Assembly: GCA_035572055.1 (NCBI GenBank)
Contig: DATNBJ010000159.1
Location: forward strand, 1-41,305
Direction of reading: 5' to 3'
DNA length: 41,305 nucleotides
DNA from: Thermoleophilaceae bacterium
Lineage (GTDB): Bacteria > Actinomycetota > Thermoleophilia > Solirubrobacterales > Thermoleophilaceae
Positions 24,741-34,100 of this stretch are shown piece after piece (position 1 is the stretch's first letter; each line of letters starts with the position of its first letter). The notes beneath the pieces were generated by a model that did no database searches, was not told the DNA's origin, and saw only the letters and a program-made list of their open reading frames with translations. Both the position numbers and the translations under genes were made by a program.

Positions 24741-26028
24741 CCGCCCAGCGGCGGCCGGCGAAACGTGCTCCGCAGGTCACGAGCCTGGCGACGATCAGAG
24801 CCGCGATTCCGCACCACACGCCCACGATTCCCCAGTCGAGCTTCAGGGCGAGCAGCGCGATCGGCACGTAGACCACCACCGCCGCAAAGACCATCGACCA
24901 CTTGAGGAAGCGCGTGTCGCTCGCGCCGATCAGGATGCCGTCGAGCGCGAACACCAGGCCGTTGAGCGGCTGCATGAGGGCGAAGATCGGCCAGATGGCG
25001 TGGAGGCGGTCGATCACCTGCTCGTCGCCGGTGAACGCGTGCGGCAGGAGGTCGGTGAGGGCGAGCAGCGCGAGCGCGAACACGGCGCCCACGACGCAGG
25101 ACCAGCCGAGCATCCGGATCGCGGCGTCGTAGGCGTCGTCGGCGTGGCCGGCCCCCAGCGTCCGGCCCACGATCACCTGCCCGGCGATCGCCACGGCGTC
25201 GAGCACCAGCGCCAGGAAGGTCCAGAGCTGGAAGGCGATCTGGTGGGCGGCAAGCGACGCCGACCCGACGCGTGCGAGCACGGCGCTCGCCACCAGGAAC
25301 GACGCGTAGAGCGCCGCGGTGCGGACGAAGATGTCGCGGCCCACGCGCGCGAGCGGGCGCATGAGCTCGGCGCGGGGGCGGCGGTCGTCCGCGGGCGCTC
25401 GCAGCAGCTCGGCGGCAAACGCCGCGCCCATGCCGGCCTGGGCGATCACCGTGCCCCAGGCGGAGCCCGCCAGGCCCCAGTGGAACACGTAGACGAACAG
25501 GACCTCGAGCACGATGTTGACGCCGTTCGCCACGAGCACGATCACCAGGGGGCGCCGCATGCTCGAGATGCCGCGCAGATAGCCCTGGCCGGCCAGCGCG
25601 ATGAGCGCGAACGGCAGGCCGAGCGCCCCGATTCGCAGGTAGAGGACGGCCAGGCTTCCGGTGTGGTGCGAGCCGCCCATCGCGTGCACGGCGGGGACGG
25701 CGAGCGCGAGCGCCAGCACCACCAGCGCGAGGCCGATGCCGGACGCGAGCCACAGCGCCTGCGCGGCCAGCCTGCCGGCCACCACCTCCTGGCCCGCGCC
25801 GTGGTAGCGGGCCACCTGGGCGGTGGTGCCGTAGGTCAGGAAGTTGAACAGCGTGAAGGCGCCCGTGAGCACCGTGCCCGCGAGGGCGAGTGCCGCGAGC
25901 TGCGGCGTGCCGAGGTGACCCACGATCGCCGTGTCCACCAGGATGTAGAGCGGCTCCGCCGCGAGCGCGCCGAGGGCGGGCACGGCGAGCTTGAGGATCT
26001 CCCTGTCGTGGGGCGAGCGCCTCAGCAC
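24715..26028 (-). CDS. MATE family efflux transporter (DinF-like)
   Basis: 12-TM protein. The N-terminus ILKLAVPALGALAAEPLYILVDTAIVGHLG is typical of MATE. Confidence 0.9.
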   Translation of the reverse strand: MLRRSPHDREILKLAVPALGALAAEPLYILVDTAIVGHLGTPQLAALALAGTVLTGAFTLFNFLTYGTTAQVARYHGAGQEVVAGRLAAQALWLASGIGLALVVLALALAVPAVHAMGGSHHTGSLAVLYLRIGALGLPFALIALAGQGYLRGISSMRRPLVIVLVANGVNIVLEVLFVYVFHWGLAGSAWGTVIAQAGMGAAFAAELLRAPADDRRPRAELMRPLARVGRDIFVRTAALYASFLVASAVLARVGSASLAAHQIAFQLWTFLALVLDAVAIAGQVIVGRTLGAGHADDAYDAAIRMLGWSCVVGAVFALALLALTDLLPHAFTGDEQVIDRLHAIWPIFALMQPLNGLVFALDGILIGASDTRFLKWSMVFAAVVVYVPIALLALKLDWGIVGVWCGIAALIVARLVTCGARFAGRRWAVTGVPERA

Positions 26029-26102
26029 TCGCGGGAGGCTAGCCCCGACGGGCCCCGCGCCGCCCTGGCGCGGGGCCCGTCCTCCGGAGGTCGTGGGAGC
26101 GA

Positions 26103-26426
26103 CTAGGAGGCGTGAACCGGACGCCAGGCGCCGGTCACGCGCACGCCGGCGAGCATGCGCTCGCGCAGCGACGGGGTCTGGACGTAGGCGTGAATCGCCT
26201 TCGCGCGCATGCGAAGGAGGGCGCTGAGCTGACCGGTGTGCTCGAACGGGTCCGCGATCACGCGGCTGTCGATCAGGGAGATCGCCGCGGCAGCGCGGCC
26301 GTCGATCTCGCCGATCATGACCTGGCCGCCGAGCGGCCGCTGGCCGTCAAGCTGGGCGAGCCGGCTCAGCGCGTAACCGTCATCGTCGGTGGCGCGACGG
26401 ATGACGTATGCGTTGGCGGGGAACAT
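26103..26426 (-). CDS. conserved hypothetical protein (107 aa)
   Basis: YVIRRATDDDGYALSRLAQLDGQRPLGG...IDGRAAAAISLIDSRVIADPF resembles a small actinobacterial family of unknown function. ATG 26426 has an AAGGA 7 nt upstream. Confidence 0.6.
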   Translation of the reverse strand: MFPANAYVIRRATDDDGYALSRLAQLDGQRPLGGQVMIGEIDGRAAAAISLIDSRVIADPFEHTGQLSALLRMRAKAIHAYVQTPSLRERMLAGVRVTGAWRPVHAS

Positions 26427-26431
26427 CGGGT

Positions 26432-26472
26432 GATCCTTTCGATCGGGTGGGAGGGGGTGCCTCGAAAGGATC
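26432..26472 (-). promoter_or_regulatory. 11-bp perfect inverted repeat (GATCCTTTCGA / TCGAAAGGATC) with a 19-nt C-rich loop on the minus-strand RNA; a hairpin or operator covering the RBS of the 26103..26426 gene
   Basis: Read directly. On the minus-strand RNA the 3' arm UCGAAAGGAUC contains the only SD-like element (AAGGA), ending 7 nt before the AUG. Confidence 0.4.
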
Positions 26473-26638
26473 GGCTCTGGCGGCCTGCGTTCCGGTACGG
26501 CAGTCAGGCGTCCGGGGGGTCGGATTTCCGAAGAATCCGGGTCGGAGAAGCGTGAGTTTCGTCACGCATGTCCTAACCGGGGGAAAGGAAGCGCACGCTA
26601 GCGTTTTGGTTGAGAGTTTTCCGAGCAAGGAGGTGGCG

Positions 26639-27121
26639 ATGGCCTTCAAGACGAGAGTTCTTGTCCTCGCCAACCAGACGGCCGACTCCGAGGGCCTCAC
26701 CGAGGCGCTGCGGATGCGTGCCGATCGGGGGGACGTGACCTTCCGGCTGATCGTTCCGCGGGGCAGAGGCGGCGTCGACAACGGAGCGCATAAGCAGCTA
26801 GCCGCGGCGCTCGAGCGCTTTGCGGCCGCGGGCCTCGTGGTGGACGGTCGCGTGTGCGACCCGGACCCGATCGTCGGGGTGCACGAGGAATGGGACCCGC
26901 GCGAGTTCGACGAGGTGATCGTGTCGACCCTCGCGCGCGACAGCTCACGCTGGGTCGAGTCGGACCTGCCGCACCGGATCGGGCGGCTGACGGACGCTCC
27001 CGTGGAGCACGTGGTGCCGTCGGAGATCGAGCGGGCGCTGGCGCGCAGCCGCGCGGCTCGCCCGCTTCATCACGATCCGCAGCGTGCGCTGGGGCCGTTC
27101 GCCGGGCCCGCTCTCCCCTAG
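26639..27121 (+). CDS. hypothetical protein with Rossmann-like (USP-like) N-terminus
   Basis: ATG 26639 is preceded by AAGGAGG. TRVLVLANQTADSEGLTEAL...DEVIVSTLARDSSRWVESDLPHRI resembles a conserved actinobacterial family of unknown function. Confidence 0.65.
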   Translation: MAFKTRVLVLANQTADSEGLTEALRMRADRGDVTFRLIVPRGRGGVDNGAHKQLAAALERFAAAGLVVDGRVCDPDPIVGVHEEWDPREFDEVIVSTLARDSSRWVESDLPHRIGRLTDAPVEHVVPSEIERALARSRAARPLHHDPQRALGPFAGPALP

Positions 27122-28563
27122 AGAGCGGGGCGGCGGTCCGCCCAGGGCCGCTCGGCCTCGAGCCGCGCGGCCACCGAGAGCAGCAGGGCCTCGCCGGCGG
27201 GCGGTCCCACGAGCTGGATCGCCGCGGGGAGGCCGTCCCCGCCCTGGAAGAGCGGCACCGACATCGCGGGCTGCCCGGTGACGTTCCACACCGCGGTGAA
27301 CGGGGTGAAGACACCCGTGCGGGCGAACTCGCGCAGCACGTTGTCGCCATCCAGGTCGAGGGTGCCCACCGGCAGCGGGCGCTCGGCCAGGGCCGGGGTG
27401 AGCAGCAGGTCGAAGGCGGACATCCACTCGATGATCGTGCGCGCGTGCCGCTGCAGCCGGGCCAGCGCGCCCAGGTACTCGATCGAGTTCTGCCCGAGGC
27501 CGCGCTGGAACATCTCCCAGGTCAGGCGCTCGACGCTCTCCTGCGTGGGCGCCTGGCCGGACACCATCCCGCCGTAGGCCACGCCCAGGCCGATGTTCGC
27601 CGCGTACAGCACGGTGAAGAGGGCGAGCAGATTCTCGTCGTCGCCTGCCCAGGGCGGATCCACCTCGGTCACCTCGTGGCCGAGACCGCTCAGCAGCTCG
27701 GCGCCGTCGCGGGCGGCCCGCAGGCAGATCGGGTCGAGCTCCGCCTCGATCGGCGGCTGGGTGACCACGCCGATGCGCAGCCGGCCGGGGTCCCGCTCGA
27801 GCGCGTTCACGAAGGGCTCGTCCGGGGCGGGCGCCCAGGTGGCGTCGCCCGGCTCATAGCCGGAGATCACGTCGAGCGAGCGGGCGCAGTCCTCCACGGT
27901 GCGGGTGAGCATCCCGTCGGTGGAGAGCACGGCGTCGCCGAGGTCCGGCCCGCGCGACACGCGCCCGCGGCTGGGCTTGAGGCCCACCAGTCCACAGCAT
28001 GCCGCGGGGATCCGGATCGACCCGCCGCCGTCGCTGCCGTGGGCGATCGGCACCATGCCCGCCGCCACCGCGGCGCCCGAGCCGCCCGAGGAGCCACCGG
28101 GCGTCCGGTCGAGGTCCCAGGGGTTGCGCGTAGGGCCGAACCGGCGCGGCTCGGTGACAGGCACGATGCCCAGCTCGGGCGAGCTCGTCTTGCCCACGAT
28201 CACGAAGCCGGCTTCCCTGATCCGCCTGACCACGTTGGCGTCGTAGTCGGGCGTGTAGTCGCCGTAGAGGTCGGAGCCGTCGGACATCACGAGGCCCGCG
28301 ACGGGCGCCGCCAGATCCTTGATCCCGATCGGAACGCCCGCGAACGGACGCCCGTCGCCGGGGCCGATCGCGTCGGCAGCCGCCAGGGCGCCGTCGGTGT
28401 CCACGAGCGTGAAGGCGTTCACCTGCGAGTCGACCGCCTCGATCCGCCGCAGCGACGCCTCCACCAGCGCACGCGCGCTCAGCTCGCCGGAGCGCACGAG
28501 CGCCGCCAGCTCGGTGGCTGGACGGAAGAGGAGGTCCTCGGTGCCTGGCTGGCCGGTCAGCAA
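27118..28563 (-). CDS. amidase (amidase signature family)
   Basis: GGSSGGSGAAVAAGMVPIAHGSDGGGSIRIPAACCGLVGLKPSRGR is the AS signature with the Ser-cisSer-Lys triad context. Confidence 0.9.
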   Translation of the reverse strand: MLTGQPGTEDLLFRPATELAALVRSGELSARALVEASLRRIEAVDSQVNAFTLVDTDGALAAADAIGPGDGRPFAGVPIGIKDLAAPVAGLVMSDGSDLYGDYTPDYDANVVRRIREAGFVIVGKTSSPELGIVPVTEPRRFGPTRNPWDLDRTPGGSSGGSGAAVAAGMVPIAHGSDGGGSIRIPAACCGLVGLKPSRGRVSRGPDLGDAVLSTDGMLTRTVEDCARSLDVISGYEPGDATWAPAPDEPFVNALERDPGRLRIGVVTQPPIEAELDPICLRAARDGAELLSGLGHEVTEVDPPWAGDDENLLALFTVLYAANIGLGVAYGGMVSGQAPTQESVERLTWEMFQRGLGQNSIEYLGALARLQRHARTIIEWMSAFDLLLTPALAERPLPVGTLDLDGDNVLREFARTGVFTPFTAVWNVTGQPAMSVPLFQGGDGLPAAIQLVGPPAGEALLLSVAARLEAERPWADRRPAL

Positions 28564-28582
28564 GACGTACGCAGCCTACCGG

Positions 28583-29377
28583 CTATACGGGAACGAGCTC
28601 GCGCCTCAGGTCGGCCACGCGCGAGCGCTCCTCGTCGTAGCCCAGCCGCTCGAGCAGCTCCTCGGCCAGCGCGAGGTAGTCGGCGCCCAGCTCGGGGCGG
28701 TAGTCGATGATCGAGACCGCGCGCTCCGCCGACTCGGCGTAGCGGATCGACGAGCGGATCGCGGACTGGAGCACCTTCTCGCCGAAGCGGTCCTGGAGCA
28801 TCTTCAGCGCCTCGCGCGAGTGGATGGTCCGCAGATCGGCGATGTTCAGCACCACGCCCAGCCACTCGAGGTCGGGGGCCAGGTTCTCCTTCGCCAGCTC
28901 GATCACCTCGAGCGCCTGCTCCACGCCCTGGAGCGAGAAGTACTGCGCCTCGGTGGAGATCAGCGCCTGGTCGGCGGCCACCACCGCGTTCACCGTCAGC
29001 AGTCCGAGCGACGGCGGGCAGTCGATCAGCACGATGTCGTAGCCGCGCTTCACGTCCTTGAGCGCGCGCCGCAGCGTCATCTCGCGGCCCATCTTCCCGG
29101 CGAGCACGAGCTCGGACTCGGCGAGGCCGAGATTGGCCGGCAGGACCTGCTCGTTGTAGATCGCCTCGGAGGCCTTCGCCTGCCCGGCGAGCACGTCCGC
29201 GAGCGTGGGCGACCAGTCCGGCGGCACGTCGAAGTAGTCGGACAGATTGCCCTGCGGATCGACGTCGACGGCGAGAACCCGCAGCCCGACGCGGCTGAAG
29301 ACGTCCGCCAGCGTACGCACCGTGGTGGTCTTCCCGGTGCCGCCCTTCTGAGAGAGGACCGCGATCGTTGTGGCCAT
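28583..29377 (-). CDS. ParA/Soj-like P-loop ATPase (no adjacent ParB)
   Basis: ATG 29377 gives MATTIAVLSQKGGTGKTTT (deviant Walker A). DIVLIDCPPSLG (Walker B) and NIADLRT are also present. The longer track ORF N-terminus is low-complexity. Confidence 0.88.
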   Translation of the reverse strand: MATTIAVLSQKGGTGKTTTVRTLADVFSRVGLRVLAVDVDPQGNLSDYFDVPPDWSPTLADVLAGQAKASEAIYNEQVLPANLGLAESELVLAGKMGREMTLRRALKDVKRGYDIVLIDCPPSLGLLTVNAVVAADQALISTEAQYFSLQGVEQALEVIELAKENLAPDLEWLGVVLNIADLRTIHSREALKMLQDRFGEKVLQSAIRSSIRYAESAERAVSIIDYRPELGADYLALAEELLERLGYDEERSRVADLRRELVPV

Positions 29378-29462
29378 CCGCGCCCCGCGACTATAGTTCC
29401 CGCGTCCAACCGTCGCGCGCCCGCTCGAAGAAGGCGTGGAAACCGGAATGGAGGGTGTGAGA

Positions 29463-32400
29463 GTGGCTGAGCCGTCCAGCCGCACCGTTCGCTACGCATC
29501 GACGCAGGGGTATCGTCCGCGCCGGCCTCCGCAGACCGTGGAGGACAAGGACGCCTGCGCCCTCTACGCGTCGGTCGAGAAGGACGCCACGCCGGGCCAC
29601 GAGCCGATCACGGTCGCGCTAACCGCGCTTCAGAAGATGCTCCACCGCGCCGGGAACGTCGACGGCGAGGGTGACGGCTGCGGCGTGCTTCTGGACATCC
29701 CGCGCAAGATCTGGGCCGAGGAGGTCCGCACCGGCGGCCACGCCTCGCACCTGGCGCTCGACCCGCAGTTCGCGGTCGGCCACATCTTCATTCCGCGCAA
29801 GGGCGGCAACGCCGAGGAGACCAAGGCCCGCGCGCGCGACATCATGAGCCGCTTCGGGCTGCGCGTGCTGGCGGAGCGCCAGGACGTGGTGAATTCCGCC
29901 GCGCTGGGCGCCACCGCGCGCGAGGAGGAGCCGATCTTCTGGCAGGTCGGCGGCGTGACCGGCGAGGCGCGGCTGTGCTTCGAGATCACCGTGGCGCTCG
30001 AGCAGGAGCTCGACGTGCACGTGGCCTCGTTCTCCACCGACACCTGCGTCTACAAGGTGATGGGCGCGCCGTCGGTGCTCGGCAAGTACTACCCCGACCT
30101 CACCGACGAGCGGGCCGAGACCGCCGCGGTGATCGGCCACAACCGCTACTCCACCAACACCTGGCCGTCGTTCAAGCGCGTGCAGCCGTTCGCGATGCTC
30201 GGCCACAACGGCGAGATCAACACGATCGCGAAGCTGCGCCAGGAGGCGCGCATGCTGAACGTGCCGATCCACCCGGACGGGTCCGACTCGCAGGACCTGA
30301 ACCGCACGGTGGAGTCGCTGGTGCACCGCGGCCAGCTGTCGCTCGTCGAGGCCGCCGAGCTCGTGCTGCCCCCGATCGTGAACGAGATCAAGCAGCTTCC
30401 CGAGGAGCTGCGGCCGTTCTACATGTACCTGCGCCAGGCGTTCGGCCCGTTCGCGCAGGGACCGGTGGCACTGCTCTCGCGGCACGGCGACGAGCTCGTC
30501 TTCAGCGTCGACGCCCTCGGCCTTCGTCCGCTGTGGCAGATCGAGACCACGACCTCCTATGTCTTCTCCTCGGAGTCCGGCGTGGTGGCCGTGAACGACA
30601 CGGTGTCGGAGCCGAAGCCGCTCGCCCCGGGCGAGAAGGTGATGGTCACGCTCAACCGCAAGAAGCCGGAGGCGAAGCTGCGCCGGCACATCCAGCTCAT
30701 GTGGCTCGCGTGGGAGCGCTGGGTGGCGCGCACCGGCAAGGACCCGGTGCACGGCTACGCGAACATGATCCCGGTCGGCGGCCCGCTCGAGGGCGCGGAG
30801 ATCCCCGGCTACACGGCCGCGGGCCCGGCGGAGCCGGTGAAGGTGGAGGACCGCGTGCTGGGCGGCTTCGGCTGGCAGCGCGAGGACATGAAGCTCGTGC
30901 AGCAGATGGCGGCCACAGGCGCCGAGCCGATCGGCTCGCTGGGCTACGACGGGCCGCTCGCCTGCCTCTCGCCCGAGCGTCAGAACCTCGCCGACTACTT
31001 CAAGGAGTCGGTGGCCGTGGTCACCAACCCGGCGATCGACCGCGAGCGCGAGGTGGAGCACTTCTCCTGCCGCGCGGTGTTCGGCGCGCGCCCGGGCGCC
31101 TGGGGCCTGCCGGCCGAGCCGCGCACGGTGGAGACCGCGTTCCCGATCATCCTCGGCGGCCACGACGGGCTGGCGCCGCTGTCGGACTCGGTCTACCGCA
31201 ACGTCGCGAAGGAGCACAAGACCTATCTGCTCGAGGACCTCTGGGAGCTGTTCCGCGGGCGCAGCCACGTGCTCGACATCTCCTGCCTCGAGTCGGAGAC
31301 GACGCAGGGCGCGATCGAGCGTCTGAAGCACGAGGCGACGATGGCCGTGCGCGGCGGCGCCGAGCTGCTCGTGCTGTCCGACCGCACGGCCTACGACGGC
31401 CAGCGCCGCTACATCGACCCCCACCTGGCGCTGGCGGCGATCGACCTCGCGCTGCGTGAGGCGTACGTGGAGCCCACCGAGGCGAACCTGCGCCGGCGCG
31501 TGGGCATCGTGCTGCGCTCGGGTGCCCTGCGGAACGTGCACGACGTGGTCGTGGCACTCGGCCTCGGCGCCGACGGCGTCTGCCCCTACGTGATGATCGA
31601 GGTCGCCCTGATGGACGACTACCGCACCGACATCGACAACCTCTGCTCGGCGATGCGGAAGGGAATCGAGAAGGTGATCTCGACCATCGGCATTCACGAG
31701 CTGCGCGGTTACGCGCGGCTGTTCTCCTCGATCGGCCTGAAGCCCGAGCTGTCGGCGATCTTCGACACGCCCGCGTACTTCGGCTCCGACACCGGCGGCA
31801 GCGGCTTCGCCGACCTCGACGCCGACGCCGACGAGCGCCAGCGCATCCTCGCGGGCGAGGACGAGTCGAAGCCCGCGAAGACGTTCCACTTCTACCCGAA
31901 GGTCTACAAGGCGGCCATCGCCTGCGCGAACGGCAGCGGCAGCTACGAGGACTACTCGGAGAAGGTGCGCGAGCTGGAGCTCGAGCAGCCGATCTCGCTG
32001 CGCCACATCCTCGACCTGAAGTCCGACCGCGAACCGGTCGCCGACTCGGATCCCGGGGTGGGGCTGCACGACTACCCGATCGTGATCTCGTCGATGAGCT
32101 TCGGCTCCCAGGGCGAGACCGCCTACCGCGCCTACGCCGAGGCAGCGATGCGGGCCAACATCATCGCGATGAACGGCGAGGGCGGCGAGATCCAGGACAT
32201 GTACGGCAGGTACCCGAAGTGGCGCGGCCAGCAGGTCGCATCCGGCCGCTTCGGAGTGACCTCGGAGATGGTGAATTCGTCGTACCTGGTCGAGATCAAG
32301 ATCGGCCAGGGCGCCAAGCCCGGCGAGGGCGGCCACCTGCCCGCCAAGAAGGTCACCGAGAAGGTGGCCCAGGCGCGTAACGCGTCGCCGGGCACCGACC

Positions 32401-34100
32401 TCATCTCGCCCTCCAACAACCACGACCTCTACTCGATCGAGGACCTCGCCCAGCTCATCGACGAGCTGAAGACCGCGAACCCCGACGTGCGCGTGTCGGT
32501 GAAGGTGCCGGTGGTGCCGAACATCGGCACGATCGGCGTGGGCATCGCGAAGGCGGGGGCGGACATCATCACGCTGTCCGGGTTCGAGGGGGGCACTGGC
32601 GCCGCGCGCTCGCATGCGCTGCGGCACGTGGGCCTGCCGTCGGACATCGGCACCCGCGCGGTGCACCTGGCGCTGATGGAGGCGGGCATCCGCAACCGCG
32701 TGGAGGTCTGGGCCGACGGCGGCTACCGCCATGGCCACGACATCGTGAAGCTGCACTGCCTCGGCGCGAACCGCGTCGGCTTCGGCACGCTGGCGATGGT
32801 CTCGCTCGGCTGCACGATCTGCCGCGGCTGTCAGCTCGACACCTGCCACGTGGGCATCGCCACGCAGATCGAGACGAAGGAAGAGGCCGACATGAAGGGC
32901 CTCAAGAAGTTCACGCCGCAGGAGTTCGAGTCCTCGGCGGAGAACTGCCACCGCTTCTTCACCTCGATGGGCGAGGAGGTGCGGCGGATCGTGGCCGACC
33001 TCGGCTACGAGCGGGCACAGGACATCGTGGGACGGTCGGATCTACTGGTGCAGTCGCGCGCCGTCCACGACGTCGACGTGGCCGAGATGATCAAGCCGCT
33101 CGAGGAGTTCCTCGACCTCGAGCCCCTCGATCTCCCCGTGCCGGAAGAGCAGCGCTCCGAGCCGGGTCTCGTCGTGGCCCGGCCGATCCGCATGAAGCCG
33201 AAGGAGGCGTCGCACGAGCTGGCGGCACTGGTCACGGATGTGTGCTCGGGCACCCTGGTCCGGCGCTCGTACCCGCGGCTGACCGATGCGGACGACCGCG
33301 TGCTCGGCACCGAGCTCGCCGGCGAGCTGGCGCGCGCCCGCATCTTCCAGTCCGCGACGGCGCCCGCCGCCTCCGAGGACACGCTCGCGAACCTCCGCTT
33401 CGAGGACGGCTCCGTGGCCGGCCAGGGGCTCGGCGCGTTCAACGTCTACGGGGTGGACATCACCGTGGAGGGCGGCGCCCAGGACGGCGTGGCGAAGACC
33501 ATGCTGGGAGGCAAGGTCGCGATCATGAAGGGCAAGAACCGCTTTGGAAAGCGGGTCAACGGGTCGGTGGGCAAGTCATTCGCCTACGGCGCCCAGCGCG
33601 GGCGGCTGTTCGTGCAGGGCAACGCGGACTCGCGCTTCTGCATCCGCTTGTCCGGCGCCGACGTGGTGATCGGCGGCGAGCCCGAGGGCCGGCTCGAGGA
33701 CGAGCTGGGCTGCGTTGCCGACCGGGCGAACATCAAGGGCTTCGCGTTCGAGTACATGACCGCGGGGCGGGCCGTCGTCTTGGGCGACCCCGGCCCCTGG
33801 TTCTGCGCCGGCCAGACCGGCGGGCGCGTCTACCTGCGCGTGAACGACGCATGGGGGCTCGACCGGGAGGCTCTGATCCGTCGTCGGGGCAAGGGCGCGA
33901 AGGTGGCGCTTGAGGACCTCGACGCCGAGGGCATGCTCGACGTGCAGGAGCTGCTCGGCCACTACGCCGAGGAGCTGCGCCAGACCAGCCAGCCCGACGA
34001 GGCGTTGCGCATCCTCGACCTCGCGGCAGACCCCGAGAAGAACTTCATCATGAGCATTCCGCAGGCTGAACAGACCGATCCGTCGGTCTCTACGGAGTGA
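29463..34100 (+). CDS. gltB: glutamate synthase large subunit-like protein (GATase-2, central, FMN and GXGXG domains)
   Basis: GTG 29463 lies 7 nt after GGAGGG (the track ORF starts at 29436). GHNRYSTNT and HNGEINT (Ntn amidotransferase), the FMN domain SSMSFGSQ...IKIGQGAKPGEGGHLP, cluster Cys LGCTICRGCQLDTCHVGIATQ, and the C-terminal GXGXG beta-helix domain. Confidence 0.92.
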   Translation: MAEPSSRTVRYASTQGYRPRRPPQTVEDKDACALYASVEKDATPGHEPITVALTALQKMLHRAGNVDGEGDGCGVLLDIPRKIWAEEVRTGGHASHLALDPQFAVGHIFIPRKGGNAEETKARARDIMSRFGLRVLAERQDVVNSAALGATAREEEPIFWQVGGVTGEARLCFEITVALEQELDVHVASFSTDTCVYKVMGAPSVLGKYYPDLTDERAETAAVIGHNRYSTNTWPSFKRVQPFAMLGHNGEINTIAKLRQEARMLNVPIHPDGSDSQDLNRTVESLVHRGQLSLVEAAELVLPPIVNEIKQLPEELRPFYMYLRQAFGPFAQGPVALLSRHGDELVFSVDALGLRPLWQIETTTSYVFSSESGVVAVNDTVSEPKPLAPGEKVMVTLNRKKPEAKLRRHIQLMWLAWERWVARTGKDPVHGYANMIPVGGPLEGAEIPGYTAAGPAEPVKVEDRVLGGFGWQREDMKLVQQMAATGAEPIGSLGYDGPLACLSPERQNLADYFKESVAVVTNPAIDREREVEHFSCRAVFGARPGAWGLPAEPRTVETAFPIILGGHDGLAPLSDSVYRNVAKEHKTYLLEDLWELFRGRSHVLDISCLESETTQGAIERLKHEATMAVRGGAELLVLSDRTAYDGQRRYIDPHLALAAIDLALREAYVEPTEANLRRRVGIVLRSGALRNVHDVVVALGLGADGVCPYVMIEVALMDDYRTDIDNLCSAMRKGIEKVISTIGIHELRGYARLFSSIGLKPELSAIFDTPAYFGSDTGGSGFADLDADADERQRILAGEDESKPAKTFHFYPKVYKAAIACANGSGSYEDYSEKVRELELEQPISLRHILDLKSDREPVADSDPGVGLHDYPIVISSMSFGSQGETAYRAYAEAAMRANIIAMNGEGGEIQDMYGRYPKWRGQQVASGRFGVTSEMVNSSYLVEIKIGQGAKPGEGGHLPAKKVTEKVAQARNASPGTDLISPSNNHDLYSIEDLAQLIDELKTANPDVRVSVKVPVVPNIGTIGVGIAKAGADIITLSGFEGGTGAARSHALRHVGLPSDIGTRAVHLALMEAGIRNRVEVWADGGYRHGHDIVKLHCLGANRVGFGTLAMVSLGCTICRGCQLDTCHVGIATQIETKEEADMKGLKKFTPQEFESSAENCHRFFTSMGEEVRRIVADLGYERAQDIVGRSDLLVQSRAVHDVDVAEMIKPLEEFLDLEPLDLPVPEEQRSEPGLVVARPIRMKPKEASHELAALVTDVCSGTLVRRSYPRLTDADDRVLGTELAGELARARIFQSATAPAASEDTLANLRFEDGSVAGQGLGAFNVYGVDITVEGGAQDGVAKTMLGGKVAIMKGKNRFGKRVNGSVGKSFAYGAQRGRLFVQGNADSRFCIRLSGADVVIGGEPEGRLEDELGCVADRANIKGFAFEYMTAGRAVVLGDPGPWFCAGQTGGRVYLRVNDAWGLDREALIRRRGKGAKVALEDLDAEGMLDVQELLGHYAEELRQTSQPDEALRILDLAADPEKNFIMSIPQAEQTDPSVSTE

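Noticed and set aside
24476-26106. ORFs 24476..25753 (-), 425 aa, and 25000..26106 (+), 368 aa, overlapping the MATE gene
   Set aside because: The MATE frame (24715..26028, minus strand) gives a coherent 12-TM transporter. The alternatives are Arg/Pro/Gly-rich wrong-frame products.
29619-32951. 1110-aa ORF on the minus strand, antisense to gltB
   Set aside because: The composition is Arg/Ala/Gly/His/Leu-rich low complexity with no motifs. The plus-strand frame carries unmistakable glutamate synthase domains. Long antisense open frames are expected in about 70% GC DNA because stop codons are depleted.
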